Notes under the pieces: generated by a model
The model's database searches: none
Told to the model about the DNA's origin: nothing
Seen by the model: the letters and a program-made list of their open reading frames with translations, nothing else
Source of the DNA: Mobula hypostoma
Lineage: Eukaryota
DNA length: 64,000 nt
NCBI RefSeq assembly: GCF_963921235.1
Contig: NC_086097.1
Location: forward strand, 203,796,001-203,860,000
Direction: 5' to 3'
Made by a program: the position numbers and the translations under genes
Shown here: positions 27,118-39,644 of the stretch, one piece after another
How the letters are laid out: every line of letters begins with the position of its first letter
Numbering within the stretch: position 1 is the stretch's first letter

Positions 27118-27360
27118 ATCCAGATGAAGGTCCTTGACCTGAGAAGTTAAGAGATGTTTGGCTAAGTACATAGATGGGCTGGGGACAGAGAGCTATGAAC
27201 CAGGTGCAGGTTGATGGGACTAGACAGAATAATAGTTCAGCATGGACTTGATGGACTGAAAGGCTGTTTCTGTGCTGTAGTTCTATGTAGCCCCATGACT
27301 CTACGAAACATCGATTGGTCATTTTCCTCCACAGATGCTGCATGACCCATTGAGTTCCTT
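27118..27360 (+). mobile_element. Short PLE terminus whose hammerhead is split by a CR1 3'-tail insertion (about 27143-27303)
   Basis: CAGATGAAGGTCCTTGACCTGA | CR1 tail (AAGGCTGTTTCTGTGCTGTA...ATGACTCTA) | CGAAACATCGAT...CAGATGCTGC. Confidence 0.6.
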
Positions 27361-28059
27361 TGATCTACAAACTCATGTGTCTCTATTATTAATAAACAAA
27401 GCTTGATTGAGTCATTGAGATGAGATTTCATGTATTATTATTAATTAGTTATGGAAAAACGAAGAGTGGGGATGTACTTTCCTTGATAAACATTCATTTG
27501 TACAAACATTCATATCTCTATTGTTTTCAAAAGAAACAAAGTGCTGAAGTAAGCCATTTTTATAAATGCATCAAAAGCTAATGTAATGAGTATTTATATT
27601 ATAAAAGATTCAACTCTACATTTGTCCACATTAAAAGAAGCATTTCAACAAAAGAGTATCAATGACTGTTGATGTTCTGAAATTTGATAGTGTTGTGGAA
27701 GTAGAAAAAAGGACCTGCATTTTATAAATAAACTTTTCCCTCTTTCAACCATGGTGCCTTTCTAGTAGATACTTGTGTTAAGAAAGTAACACCTTTGTAA
27801 TAATTTATTAATTTCTCAGCTCCCAGACACTTTGGGTGGAGAATTGCTTAGAAAGTACTCATAATCAGGAAGTCCAAGAAGTATGGTTGCAAGGCTTTAT
27901 GATCCAGATGGGGTTGTAATGTGTTGAAATACATTGAACTATGCTAAGTCTTTGACATAATTTACAGTTTCTTTTCGGTCTGGTTCATACACTTGGGTTT
28001 CCTGTTTACAATCATACAGCCATTCAAGAAAATAAGGCAAACTACAGTCAAACCCTTCA

Positions 28060-28380
28060 TCCATCATCTACTTATCTCTGTCTCTTAATTCCACTCTTCT
28101 CTATATGGTTCAACCTGCTTGGCATCCTTCATCCCTCCTCAGTCCAGCAGTCACCTTGGGCTCTTATCTTATCAATCCCCGCTCCTCATTATACTGGCTT
28201 TCCCTTTCTCATTATATATTCTCCCTCTCCACTCTCAGTCTGATGTGGAATTTCAACCCAAAATGTCTACAATTCCTCCCCACCGTATCCTCTACCACCA
28301 CAGATGTTGCTTGGCCAACTGAATTCCTCCAGCAGATTGTCTAATGTTCCAGATTCCATCATCTGCAGTTGCTTGTGTCC
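28060..28380 (+). mobile_element. Decayed PLE 3' region and terminus
   Basis: Pyrimidine-rich tract, CAGTCTGATG...CCAAAATGTC, then CAGATGTTGCTTGGCCAACTGAATTCCTCCAGCA. Confidence 0.6.
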
Positions 28381-29380
28381 CCCAAATAAAGTATTGAGTT
28401 ACCATTTAAATGCTGCGGAAATGTATCTGATCTTAATCATATTGGATGAATGCTCAGTGGTTAAGATAGTAATCCTTACAATCATCTTTGGAAGGAATTT
28501 ATGTAAACTGTCAAATACCCTGAAATTCTTCTTGAGTTTGTGGAAGATGAGTAGTAAAATGCAATTTTCATTTTTCTTTTGATAGATTACATAATGGGCT
28601 ACTTGTTTCACAGATACATGGAAATAGCGACACAAGCAACATTTGGCTGAAACAGACTTTTGAATCTGTATCAGATGAAATATTAAAGTACTGCATGCTT
28701 GCTGTTGTCGGGGGGAAAGGTATTGTGCTGCTCAATGTAGCTGAAATCAACCATTGAATAAAAAACAACATATTCTGTATTTTCAGATCCCACATGATGC
28801 TGTTTTTAATCCCGTTAATAGCAGAGCAACATCTCACCAGGTCATCCTTCAATAATGGGAAAAAGCAGATGGGATAAGACCATCTGACTCCCCTATCGTG
28901 TTCTGTTGTGGTGTATTGTGTCTCATGTCAAAGTTCTCTAAGGGATGAGCTCTCTCCATGAGAGAGACAAAAAAAATCAGAGGCAAAATAACTTTAGACA
29001 TCTTTGCCATAATTCATTTATTTTTGTCATGTATAGCAATTTTATGTTTTGCACTGTAATGCTGTTGCAGAACAGCAAATTTCATGACATATGTCAGTAA
29101 AAATAAACCAGATTCTGATTCTGAAAAAGTATTTGGAAACATTTTCTTTGATTGCTCAAGTCCACAGCTGCCAAACTAGAATGCATGCACAATATATCTG
29201 CCAGGCATTGAAGTCAGACTGTTTCAGAAGGAGAGATATTGAGGCAATGTTGCAAGTGCACCCAAATTTATTTCATATGAATTGCATTTTATTTTAAAGC
29301 AGCAACGTAAGTTTCTAGCAACACACATCAAAGTTGCTGGTGAACGCAGCAGGCCAGGCAGCATCAATAGGAAGAGGTAC

Positions 29381-29416
29381 AGTCGACGTTTCAGGCCGAG
29401 ACCCTTCGTCAGGTCT
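29381..29416 (-). ncRNA. Minimal type-I hammerhead ribozyme motif in PLE terminal repeat (intact core)
   Basis: AGAC-CTGACGA-AGG GTCTCGG CCT-GAAA-CGTC-GACT: CUGANGA core, stem II, GAAA, palindromic ACGU stem III, GUC cleavage triplet; stem I has one mismatch. Confidence 0.8.
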
Positions 29417-30337
29417 AACTGAAAGAAGAGCTAGTAAGAAATTTGAACGTGGGAGGGGGAGGGGGAGATCCGAAATGATAGGAGAAGACAGGAGGGGGAG
29501 GGATGGAGTCAAGAGCTGGACAGGTGATTGGCAAAAGGGATATGAGAGGATCATGGGATGGGAGGCCTAGGGAGAAAGAAAGGGGGAGGGAAGAAGCCCA
29601 GGGGATGGGCAATAAAGGATGGGGTAAAAGGGGGAGGTGGGGCATTAACAGAAGTTAGAGAAGTCAATGTTCATGCCATCAGGTTGGAGGCTACCCAGAC
29701 GGAATATAAGGTGTTGTTCCTCCAACCTGAGTGTGGCTTCATCTTGACAATAGAGGAGGCCGTGGATAGACATATCAGAATGGGAATGGGACCTGTGAGT
29801 TGGCTGGAGTGATATACTGCTTCCAATGCTCACGATGTGGCCTTCTATATATTGGCGAGACCCGATGCAGGCTGGGAGACTGTTTCGCTGAACACTTATG
29901 CTCTGTCCACCAGAGAAAGCAGAATCTCCCAGTGGCCACACATTTTAATTCCACGTCCCATTCCCATTCTGATATGTCTATCCACGGCCTCCTCGACTGT
30001 AAAAATGAAGCCACACTCAGATTGGAGGAACAACACTTATATTTCGTCTGGGTAGCCTTCAACCTGATGGCATAAACATCGACTTCTCTAACTTCTGTTA
30101 ATGCCCCACCTCCCCCTCGTACCCCATCCCCCCATACGTTATTGCCCATCCTCTGGTCTTCTCCCCTCCCCCTTTCTTTCTCCCTAGGCCTTCCATCCCA
30201 TGATCCTCTCATATCCCTTTTGCCAATCAACTTTCCAGCTCTTGGCTCCATCCCTCCCCCTCCTGTCTTCTCTTGTCATTTTGGGTCTACCCCTCCCCCT
30301 CCCACTTTCAAATCTCTTACTAGCTCTTCTTTCAGTT

Positions 30338-30373
30338 AGTCCTGATGAAGGGTCTCGGCCCGAAATGTGGACT
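30338..30373 (+). ncRNA. Hammerhead ribozyme motif, cleavage triplet mutated
   Basis: AGTC-CTGATGA-AGGGTCTCGGCCC-GAAA-TGTG-GACT; stem I AGTC/GACT intact, GUG instead of GUC. Confidence 0.65.
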
Positions 30374-30452
30374 GTACCTCTTCCTATAGATACTGCCTGG
30401 TCTGCTGCATTCACCAGCAACTTTTATGTGTGTTGCTTGAAATTCCAGCATC

Positions 30453-30510
30453 CAATTTCCCCCGGGATCAATAAAGTACAACTATGACTATGACTATGAC
30501 TATGACTATA
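30453..30510 (+). mobile_element. Ultra-short LINE 3' tail with (CTATGA)n, inserted in the PLE terminus
   Basis: CAATTTCCCCCGGGATCAATAAAGTA followed by CTATGA repeats interrupts CCAGCATC|T.CAGATTTCCTCGTGTTT. Confidence 0.7.
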
Positions 30511-31344
30511 TACAGATTTCCTCGTGTTTGAGAATGTAAATTTCTATCTTAATTCAATGAGAATTGATAATATAGGCTGATCAGACCTTTTTGTTTGAAT
30601 TGCTGCTGATTTCTGAAGTGCTCTTTCAATCAATTGGAGCTGCTTCTAATGCAATCTAATCAATGGTTTATTGAACTTCCTCAATGTAATATAAAATCCA
30701 GTCCAGAGGCCAAACATTTTGTCCTTAAAGATAAATCACAGGATATTTTTCAATGCAAAGGCACATCTAGTGTAAAGAACGGTTTGAAGGGAGTGGAGAA
30801 GCTGGAGAGGGGTGCCAAAGAACAATGTAAAATATGAGGTCATGAGCATACATAACACGGCTATCCCATAAATTTAAAGATGGACGTGCAATTCCTCCCA
30901 AAATGCAGATTCAAAGTCCTGCTCATAATTCAGTTTCAAAGTAAATTCTTTCAACTGAAAGAACAGATGAAGATAATCAAAGAACTTGCTTAAGGCTGGT
31001 GGCTGGCAATGGTAAATTTTTGACAAGAATTTGTGAATTCCAGGAAGACAGCATATGGTTTTGATTGATTCTAAATAACAGCCTCAGCATTATTTCCTCA
31101 AACAACACTTCCAATGTTTACAGGGCTTTTGGAGTGACCCTTTCGTTGCACGAAGAACCACGAAACTTTGTCAATAAAATTTGCTCTGCTCGAACACTAT
31201 CAACCAAATGATTCTCAACAAATAACAGAGCATGTCATTATTGATGCACAAGTTAGATCAGCAGATTTGGGGGAATACAAGAAGTGCTGTAATCTCCAGA
31301 GCTGGCTAATGCATTAGCACCAGTCCAATCTAGTTCAGGCATTA

Positions 31345-31700
31345 AAGAGAGATGACTTGATAGAGGTGTGTAAGATGATAAGAGGCTTCGATCAAGTGGA
31401 TACCAGAGACTTTTTTCTCATGGTGGGAAAACACAAAGGAACATAATTTTAAGGTTAAAAGAGTGGTGTCAGGGGTAGTATTATTACATAGAAAGTGGTG
31501 GGTGCATAGAATGTCTTGCCAGGTGTGGTTATAGAGACAGATACATTAGGGACAATTAAGAAACTCTTAGACAGGCACATGGATGATTGAATAATGGAGG
31601 GTCATGTAGGAGGAAGGATTAGATTGATCTCAGAATAGGTTAAAGGATCACCACAAAATCGGGGCTGAAAGACCTGTGCTGTGAAGTTCTACGTATTCTG
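31345..31700 (+). mobile_element. CR1 LINE 3' fragment, decayed
   Basis: DLIEVCKMIRGFDQVD...; AGAAACTCTTAGACAGGCACATGGATG 3' UTR motif. Confidence 0.7.
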
Positions 31701-32521
31701 TTATATAATGAGCATTATGTTGATAATCTTCCTACTAGCTTTAAGAACTTGTTAAACTTTAATATTTCTGTGCATGTAATTAAAGGCATAATAAAATACA
31801 TTAGCAATAATGTGTTTATTAGCAATAATTGTTACAGATACCCAATCTTCATAGATCAGAAAGGGAACACTGAGTTTAATTTCGGCATATAGTTAATAGT
31901 TGCCTGAGATTAAAAAATAGATTTATAGGGAAAACATTTCTTTTCCTTTCCCTTTTATTTCACTTTAATCTTTTTCCCTTCCACTTATTTAATTTTATAT
32001 ACTGATACGTATCAAAGTTATTCCCATCTCGTTCATTCTTTTATTTCTTTCTCTATCCATAAAGCTCATTGGTTTAGAACAAACAGTACTGGCCTTAATT
32101 TTCATTGAGATCTCAGATATCTTCTTCCCATTATACTTCCTTTAAGTTATGACATAATTTACAATCAGGCCAAATGGTCTAGGAAAACATCTGCCTACGG
32201 GAGAGTGCTGCTGTTGGGACAAAATGAGGCCTATACAGCAATGACACCCCCAGTAAGTCCTCTTATTAAGGACTGAGAGAAATAGTCTGAGACATTCAAT
32301 GAAATAAATCATGAAAATTTTATTTTCAGCTTTGCATTAAGTTGAATGAATTCCAAGAATGAGCTGATGATTTCCATTGTTACACTTAACTTATCTGTAA
32401 GAGTTATTTTTAAAAGGTCTCTTAACAGAGGCTAAAACTGACACAAAGTTAAGTAAAGTTAATTGCACTGGATTATTTCAAGAGATCAGTTAAACTCAGA
32501 ACAACTTCATCAAATTTGAAA

Positions 32522-34405
32522 GTTTGGGCAGGGGAAGGAGTACAAGCTAGAAGGGGATAGGTGAAGCCAGGTGGGTGGGGGAGGGGGAGGTGAAGTAAGA
32601 AGCAGGGAGGTCGTAGGTGGAAAAAGTAGAAGGCTGGAGAAGAAGGAATTTGATAGGAGAGGAAGGTGGACCATAGGAGAAAAGGAAGGAGGAGGGGCAC
32701 CGGGGGAGGCGATAGACAGGTGAGGAGAAGAGAAGAGGTCAGAGGAGGTCCAGAGGGGCCAATGTTGATTCCAGCTTCCATCTTGCCCTTAAATTCACGG
32801 TCCATTTCTGACACTTCTCACTCTGTTGTTGATCTCTCTGCCTCCATCCCTGGAGATAAACTGTCTAGCTATATCTTTTGTAAACCTACTGACTCCCACA
32901 GCTATCTTAACTATACCTTTTCCCACCCTGTCTCTTGTAAAAATGTCGTTCCTTTTCTCAGTTCTTTCATCTTTGCCGCATCTGTTCACAGGTTAAGGCT
33001 TTGCTTTACAGAATATCAGAGATGTGCTCTTCCTTCAAAGAATGTAGTTGTTTTTCTCCAACTTTGACGCAGCCCTCACCTGCATCTCTTCCAGTTCCCG
33101 GACATCTGCCCTCACTCCATCTTCCTGTTGCCGTAACAGGATAGAGTTCCTCTCGATCTCATTTGCCACTCAGAGATGCTCCGTATCCAGCGCATCAGTC
33201 TCCGCAACCTCCAACATCTTCAACGGGACCATACCATCAAACATATTGTCCCTCTCCCCCCACCTCATGCTCCACTCTCCACAGGGATCACTCCATCCAT
33301 AATTCCCTTGTCCATCTGACCCTCCTGAATGCTGCAACAGAGAAGCCCAGGGCTGCAGGCCAAGTCCTCACTATTATCGTGGCCATGCAGCTCCTCCGCT
33401 GTCTGTCTTTCCAATAAACAAGGGAAACAGAATGACAGAGTTTTACATGATCAGTCTCCAACAGAGTCTTGTGATCACAAGAGTGATTGAAGACAGTCAC
33501 TCGCAGTTAGACTGCACAACACACACACACACTGACTCCGATGTCTTCCTTTATCAGGCAGTAACACAGTCTACACCAAGTCCAGCTCCTCTGCCGATGA
33601 GCAGCTTGTTGATAGGGTAGACCTGCAGTACCTGAAGCTCTTAGTGTCCAGCATTGTCCTGCTATTGTAAAAAATAAGTTTAAGGAATACAAAAATACCT
33701 CTGGTCAGCCCCCGAGAGGCCACTGCATCTGAATGCACTGCCATATTACCAGAAGGTATGTTGTTGAGCGCTTCTGCTCCTTCCACAAAAAGCAAGTTTT
33801 TCCGGTAGCCAAACATTTTTATTTCAATCCCTATTCCCATTCTGACATGTTGGTCCATGGCCTCCTCTACTTCCACAATGAAGCCACTCTTAGGTTGGAG
33901 GTGCAACATCATTGTAGTCCACTTGGGTAGTCTCCAACCTGATGGCACGAATATAACTTCCCCACCTCTAGTCATTTTTCTCTTCTCCATTCCCTCTTTT
34001 TTCAATTCTGCTCTCTGGCCTCCCTCTGATCTCTTCTTTTCTCCTCACCTGCCTACCATCTCCCCCTCCTCCTTCCCTTTCTCCCATGCTCTACTCTCCT
34101 CTCATATCTGACTATTTCTTCTCCAGCCCTTTACCTTTCCCTCCTATCACCTCCCAGCTTCTTACTTCAATCCCCTCCACCACCCACCTGACTTCATCTA
34201 TCAGTCCCTGGCTTGTGCCCCTTCTCCTTCCCTCACCTTCTTATTCTGGCTTCTTCCCCCTTCCTTTCCGGTTCTAATGAAGGGTTTCAGGCCCAACATT
34301 TGACTGCTTATTCACTTCCAGAGATGCTGACTGACCTGCTGAGTTCCTCCATCATTTTCTGTGTGTTCCTCTAGATTTCCAGCATCTGCAGAATCTCTCG
34401 TGTTT
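32522..34405 (+). mobile_element. Composite PLE: inverted 3' arm (about 32522-32760, minus), plus-strand RT C-terminus, GIY-YIG remnant and terminus; interrupted by an unrelated repeat at about 33326-33750
   Basis: DLSASIPGDKLSSYIFCKPTDSHSYLNYTFSHP (PLE RT thumb motif); PVAKHF...SHSDMLVHGL...EATLRLE; terminus AGATGCTGACTGACCTGCTGAGTTCCTCC...CAGCATCTGCAGAATCTCTCGTGTTT. Confidence 0.8.
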
Positions 34406-35679
34406 AATGATGAATCAGCAGCCTATTTTGTACCACATTAAATTTTATTTTTAATTTTGTTCAATGGAAAGAAGTCATAGAGAGTTTTAAATGATTTGAT
34501 TATTCTAATTTGCTTTTTGTACCACTGGATAAAACTAAGCTCAGTAGTACTCTGTTAAAATTAGGAAGGACCACCTCCCAAGAGAAGCCCAGCTCTTTGG
34601 TGACCTTTCCTTTTGCTGATGAAGACATACAACATTCATCATGACATATAATTCAGTACTTATCTTTTGCAAGGTGCAATCTCCACCCTAGACTGAAATG
34701 GCTTCGGTTATACACATTGAATCAATATTCATAGTTTGGCTTTATATTTAGGACATCATATTGTTATAGAAGGCTTCTCTTGTTCATTATGTGCTTAATT
34801 TTGATGGACTCGAAGGATCTTTATGGCCAATTCACTTGATGGCTTTTAAAGATGCTTTTCTCAATGAGTGCATTTTGTCTGTTTACATCAGATGCATTCT
34901 TTTGCTCTGTGGTTTGCAATAACTTGTATCCTGGAAACCATTTTTGCATAACTTTGATAATCAGAATCAAGTCTGCAGATTATGGGAACTCAGTAAGCTG
35001 CAGTTTTCACTGACCAACAATTTAAAGTATGTAGTTGTGGGAAAAATAGCAAACAATGAAACATTTAATGGATAAAGTATTAAACTAAAAATTCCTTAAG
35101 AACACTGCAGTGAGTTAAATAAGAAAAACATTATAGTAAAATATATTTTAGTGTATTCCTTTCCTGATATTAGAAACTAAGATACAGGAGTGGGCATCGG
35201 CCACCTGACCTTGCAGCCTGCTCTGCCATACATTGAAATCAAGGCTGATATCACCATTTTCCAGTTCTGTCACTATATTCCTTGTTTCTTCTAATGCTCA
35301 GAAATCTATCAGTCTCTGTTTTGAATAAATATAATAATTGAGATTCTGAAGATGAAAGGGGATGAGAAGTTCATTCTGAGAAATGTTTCATACTGAGCGA
35401 TGAAATTTCCATTCTTCACATTCTAAAATGAACGACTGTATTTTTTTCTCAAACTGCGCCAGCACACCTAAGGCATATTGGTCAGAGTAAACATTTTACC
35501 TGAACTTGCCCTGAGAATCCAGTCAGTATCTTTCAACGAAGTTTCAGTGTTTCTTCTTAATATTGCAAACTCTAGAGGAAACAGTCCCAGAATAACTCAC
35601 TTCATGTGGCAAACCCACTCTCCCCAGTGCTAGACTAGTGAATTTTTGAACTCGAATCAGTCTAGTGATGTGGTGCCAT

Positions 35680-35940
35680 TGTACCACGGTGGTTAGTGCA
35701 TTGCTTTACAGTGCCAGCGATCTCTGATGGGGGTTTAATTTCTGCCACTCTCTGTAAGGAGGTTGTATGTTTTCCCAGTGACTACGTGGGTTTCCACTGG
35801 GTGCTGCAGTTCCCTGCAACATGCCAAAGATGAGCGGTCAGGTTTAGGGAGTTGTGGGCATGCTGTGTTAGTGCTGGACGCATGCCCAGCACAATCTCAC
35901 TGATTTGATTTAACACAAACAATATACTTCACAGCATGAT
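35680..35940 (+). mobile_element. tRNA-derived V-SINE-like element
   Basis: GGTGGTTAGTGCATTGCTTTACAG...GGGTTTAATTTC...CGTGGGTTTCCACTGGGTGCTGCAGTTCCCT. Confidence 0.6.
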
Positions 35941-36382
35941 TTGGATTCAAGGAACATTTGTTTTCAACATATGTATGCAGTTTACAACCCTGAGATTCTT
36001 CTTTCCATAAACAGCCATGAAACAAAGAAACATCATGGAACCCATTCAAAGAAAATAAACACCCAATGCGCAAAATAAACCAAATTGCACAAATGGCAAA
36101 AAACGAGTGAAAAACACACAGAACATAAGATATCAAACCACAGAGTCCTTGAAACAGGATGAGGAATGTCCACTTCAGTTCAAGTTAGCACTGTGTTGTA
36201 GCAGAGCCACTCCATCCTGATTAAAATTGCATTAAATAGCAATAAGAAAAGGAGTAACCAGAAACCAGAAGCACATATAACATGAACTGCAGAGTTCAAT
36301 CCACAAACTGTGCTGATCAAGCCTTGCCCAAAACCCAAGTCTCTGGCACCATCCTTTGGCAGCTGCAAGTGAGTGGGAGGGA

Positions 36383-36386
<4 letters not shown>

Positions 36387-36444
<58 letters not shown>
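36387..36444. repeat. (GA)29 microsatellite within an unclassified non-autonomous repeat (about 35945-36700)
   Basis: Direct reading; a similar GA-containing element lies at 61790-62525. Confidence 0.95.
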
Positions 36445-36446
<2 letters not shown>

Positions 36447-38351
36447 AGTCAAACGCAGGCACCTTCCTTTGGCAGCAGCAAGCGAGAGGAAGAGAGAGAA
36501 ACTGGTTAAACATAGGCAGACAGTGCTGAACACCCACTCGCCTTCCATTCTTGTCCTCGTTAATTTTGATCTTGCTCGATGTTTGATTGGCAAGATGGAT
36601 GAGAAATAGAGTTGATCATGGGCTCATGCCCCATCTCCAGATTTCTTGGCCTCCGGGCCATTCACTCCACTCCAAACCTCATTGAACCCCCTTGGAGCCA
36701 ACAAAGTGCCAGATCACTCAATTGGCCTGAAAACACACCATCAACATGTAAATCATAGGTTCCAATTGCACGCAGCTCAGTAAGAAAAAATAATAAAAGA
36801 AGAACAAATAATGCAAGTATTTTCATGAACTGTCTGAAGGATATTGCCATTGGTTGCATTGTTCAGTCATGTGCAGTTGACAAATAAAGCTAACTTTAAT
36901 CTAATTTCAATCTTCACTGCACTGTGCCAATTACATTTTTTAGGTGTCTTAGGATCATGAGATATAGGAGCAGAATTAGGCTTATTGCATCTGCTCCACC
37001 ATTTCATCATGGTTGATCCATTTTTCCTCTCAGGTTTCCAAAACTGTGTGCAGTAGGTTAGAAATGATCTCACCATGGCCATATACAATAGCAATAATAC
37101 TTCCTTACTCTGAAAATCGAATTAACTTTTAATTAAGACTAACATACTGTCTATTCTAAAACCAGAAGAATGCATTACAAATGAATTAAATATATTATGT
37201 CATTCTAATTGCTTTATAATTTAACTTTAAAACCAATATAGTCTTAAATAATTTTTAGAGTCCTTTATAAATTCTTGTAGCATCAGTCCTTGACCTGTTC
37301 TTATCTGATTCCTGCAATGTCTTCTTCTGAAATAGGTTGAGTTATGGCCCTCTGGATAGTTGAGTCACTGTGGAATAGAACCATAAAGCAATGAAGATCC
37401 CAGATTCAAATACTGATCAATACTTTGGGAGTTGATGCAAGTTTGCTTTTCTGGTTGCAGGTTTAACTGGCAAGTTAAATAGGTAATGCCATTCCTCATT
37501 TCATGAGAAAGCAATACTGAGCTGGCTTCTTGAAACCAGGCTTGATATAATTGAAAGAAATACTGGACATTTTCAAGAAGTCTTTTTGAGTCACATACTT
37601 CATGAGGACAAACAATTGTGATATTGTGGTAATCTGAAGGATTTGTAATTGCCTTCAGAGAATGTGGATTACCGGACCATTTCATAATGGTACCCTTATA
37701 GGAAGTGATGCCTTTGCAGTATTTGACCTCTGTGGCATGAACTAGCGAGAAAACATTTAGGATAACTATCAGATATTATGACTTGCTTCATGATCCTTTT
37801 GGGAAATGGGGAGAATTAAAAATGTTATTAATGTAAATGAGTGATTGATGGATGGCATGGACTTGAACACTGAAGGACCTGTTTCTGTGCTGTATCTCAT
37901 TGTGACTCTACGTTACCCGAGAAAAATTTTTAAACATGGTTTATTGTTGTCACATATACCAAGGTACAGTGAAAAACTGTTTTGCACACATTTATACAGA
38001 TCATTCTTCACATTGTAAACCCCAAAATGTTGACTGCTTATTCATTTCCATAGATGCTGTGCAACCTGCTGAGTTCCTCCAGCCATTTGTGTGTGTTATT
38101 CATCATATCTCAGTGGTCACAGTCACCGAGGAAGTGCAGTGCAGACAGACAGCAAGGTTTCTTCATTAAACAGGAGAAAATCTGAGGGTTTCAAGATGGC
38201 GGCACAGTGAAAAGTCTGCTTTACTGAGCTCAGCACCGCAACATAATTTCACATATAAACCTCTCTGTTTCGACTTTTTTTTTAAATGCTCAAGTGTCGG
38301 ATTTAATGACATGAACATTGATGAGTATTTTTTTTGAGCTGCTTCAACACC

Positions 38352-39193
38352 ATGCCATCAAAAGATACTAAAAAGGCGGCCAAGATGAGCTGCACAGAGC
38401 GCTCGCCCGGGGGGCTGAGGAGCTAGCTACTGCTAGTTATGCTAACACGTTGGACCCTGCTTTTTGTCAAGTAATCCAGAAAGTTATGGAGAACATATCC
38501 AAAATAATGGACTAGAAGCTAGCTCCACTCTCTCTAACACTCCAAAACCACACATTGGAGCTTAAAAATCTTGATACAAGAACGATCGAAGCTGAGGGTC
38601 GAGTCTCTGTGGTAGAAACTATAACTGATCAGGCCCAAAGCCGCATCCAGGCACTAGAAAAGCAAGTTCAAAGCCTGCCTGACTATATTGATGATCTTGA
38701 GAACAGAGGTAGGAGAAAGAATATACGAATCATCGGTCTACCTGAAGTTACAGAAGGTAGCCAACTGGCAAAGTTTTTTGAGGGCTGGCTGCCTAATTTC
38801 CTTGATTTGGAAACCAAGGCTGGATGCATTAAAGTGGAAAGAGCTCACCGTACGCTGGTGACAAAACCAGGCCCAGGCCAACGCTCTCGACCCGTCCTCG
38901 TGTGGTTCCATAATTTCAGTGATAAGCAAAGAGTGATGGAGGCTTCGAGGGGCCACGGGACTGGTGCCCAGGCTTTAATATATGAGGGATACAGGCTTAT
39001 GTTTTCTCAAGATTTTTCGGCAGCCGTTATTCGGAAGCACAAGGAACTCAACCAGGTAAAGAAACAGCTGAGAGAATCCGGAATCCAGCACTTCATGCTG
39101 TACCCACCAGTGCTGAAAATCACCTACAATGGGACCACCAAGATATTTGATTCTCTTGGCAAAGCTAAAACTTTTGTGGACATGTTGGGCTAA
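38352..39193 (+). pseudogene. L1 ORF1p (coiled coil, RRM, CTD); 5' part disrupted
   Basis: DDLENRGRRKNIRIIGLPE...IKVERAHR...RPVLV.F...FSQDFS...LYP motifs in ORF 38555-39193; the upstream ATG at 38352 is out of frame. Confidence 0.88.
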
Positions 39194-39644
39194 AGAATGC
39201 ACAGTATACAGTATATTGTGTAGCCCTGGTTATGGACGATAACATGCTCGATGGTTGCTTTATTTTACCTTTTCATCACTCGTCGGCAAGATATCTTATA
39301 GGATGGGTAACGTGTTTGTTTTGGTTAATACAGTTTCATTATTTGTTTAAATTAGTGGTGCTGCTCCAGACTAAAGGAGTTTAAACATGACGGTAACAAA
39401 TCTGTGGATTGATAAATTATGCCCTGTTTTCATTTTTGACTATGTTAAATGCCATATTGGCAGTGGGGCAGAATAATAGGTGCTAGGAGGTTCAGATATC
39501 CCCTTTAAGTGTGGGATAAGTCTTCTTGTTCAGCACTATTGGCGCTTTTTTTTTTGTGGATTTTTACAATTTACTTATTGCTGTTCAGCTGATCTTAAGT
39601 CGGGTTTCTTCTCCTTCAGAGTCACATGATTGTTATAAAGGGTT

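Larger units (their letters stand above)
29318..30529 (+). mobile_element. 5'-truncated PLE with GIY-YIG endonuclease, preceded by an inverted copy of its own 3' end
   Basis: ORF 29800-30075 GVIYCFQCSRCGLLYIGETRCRL...EH...PVATHF (GIY-CxxC-YIG); arms 29318-29792 and 29955-30436 are reverse complements. Confidence 0.92.
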
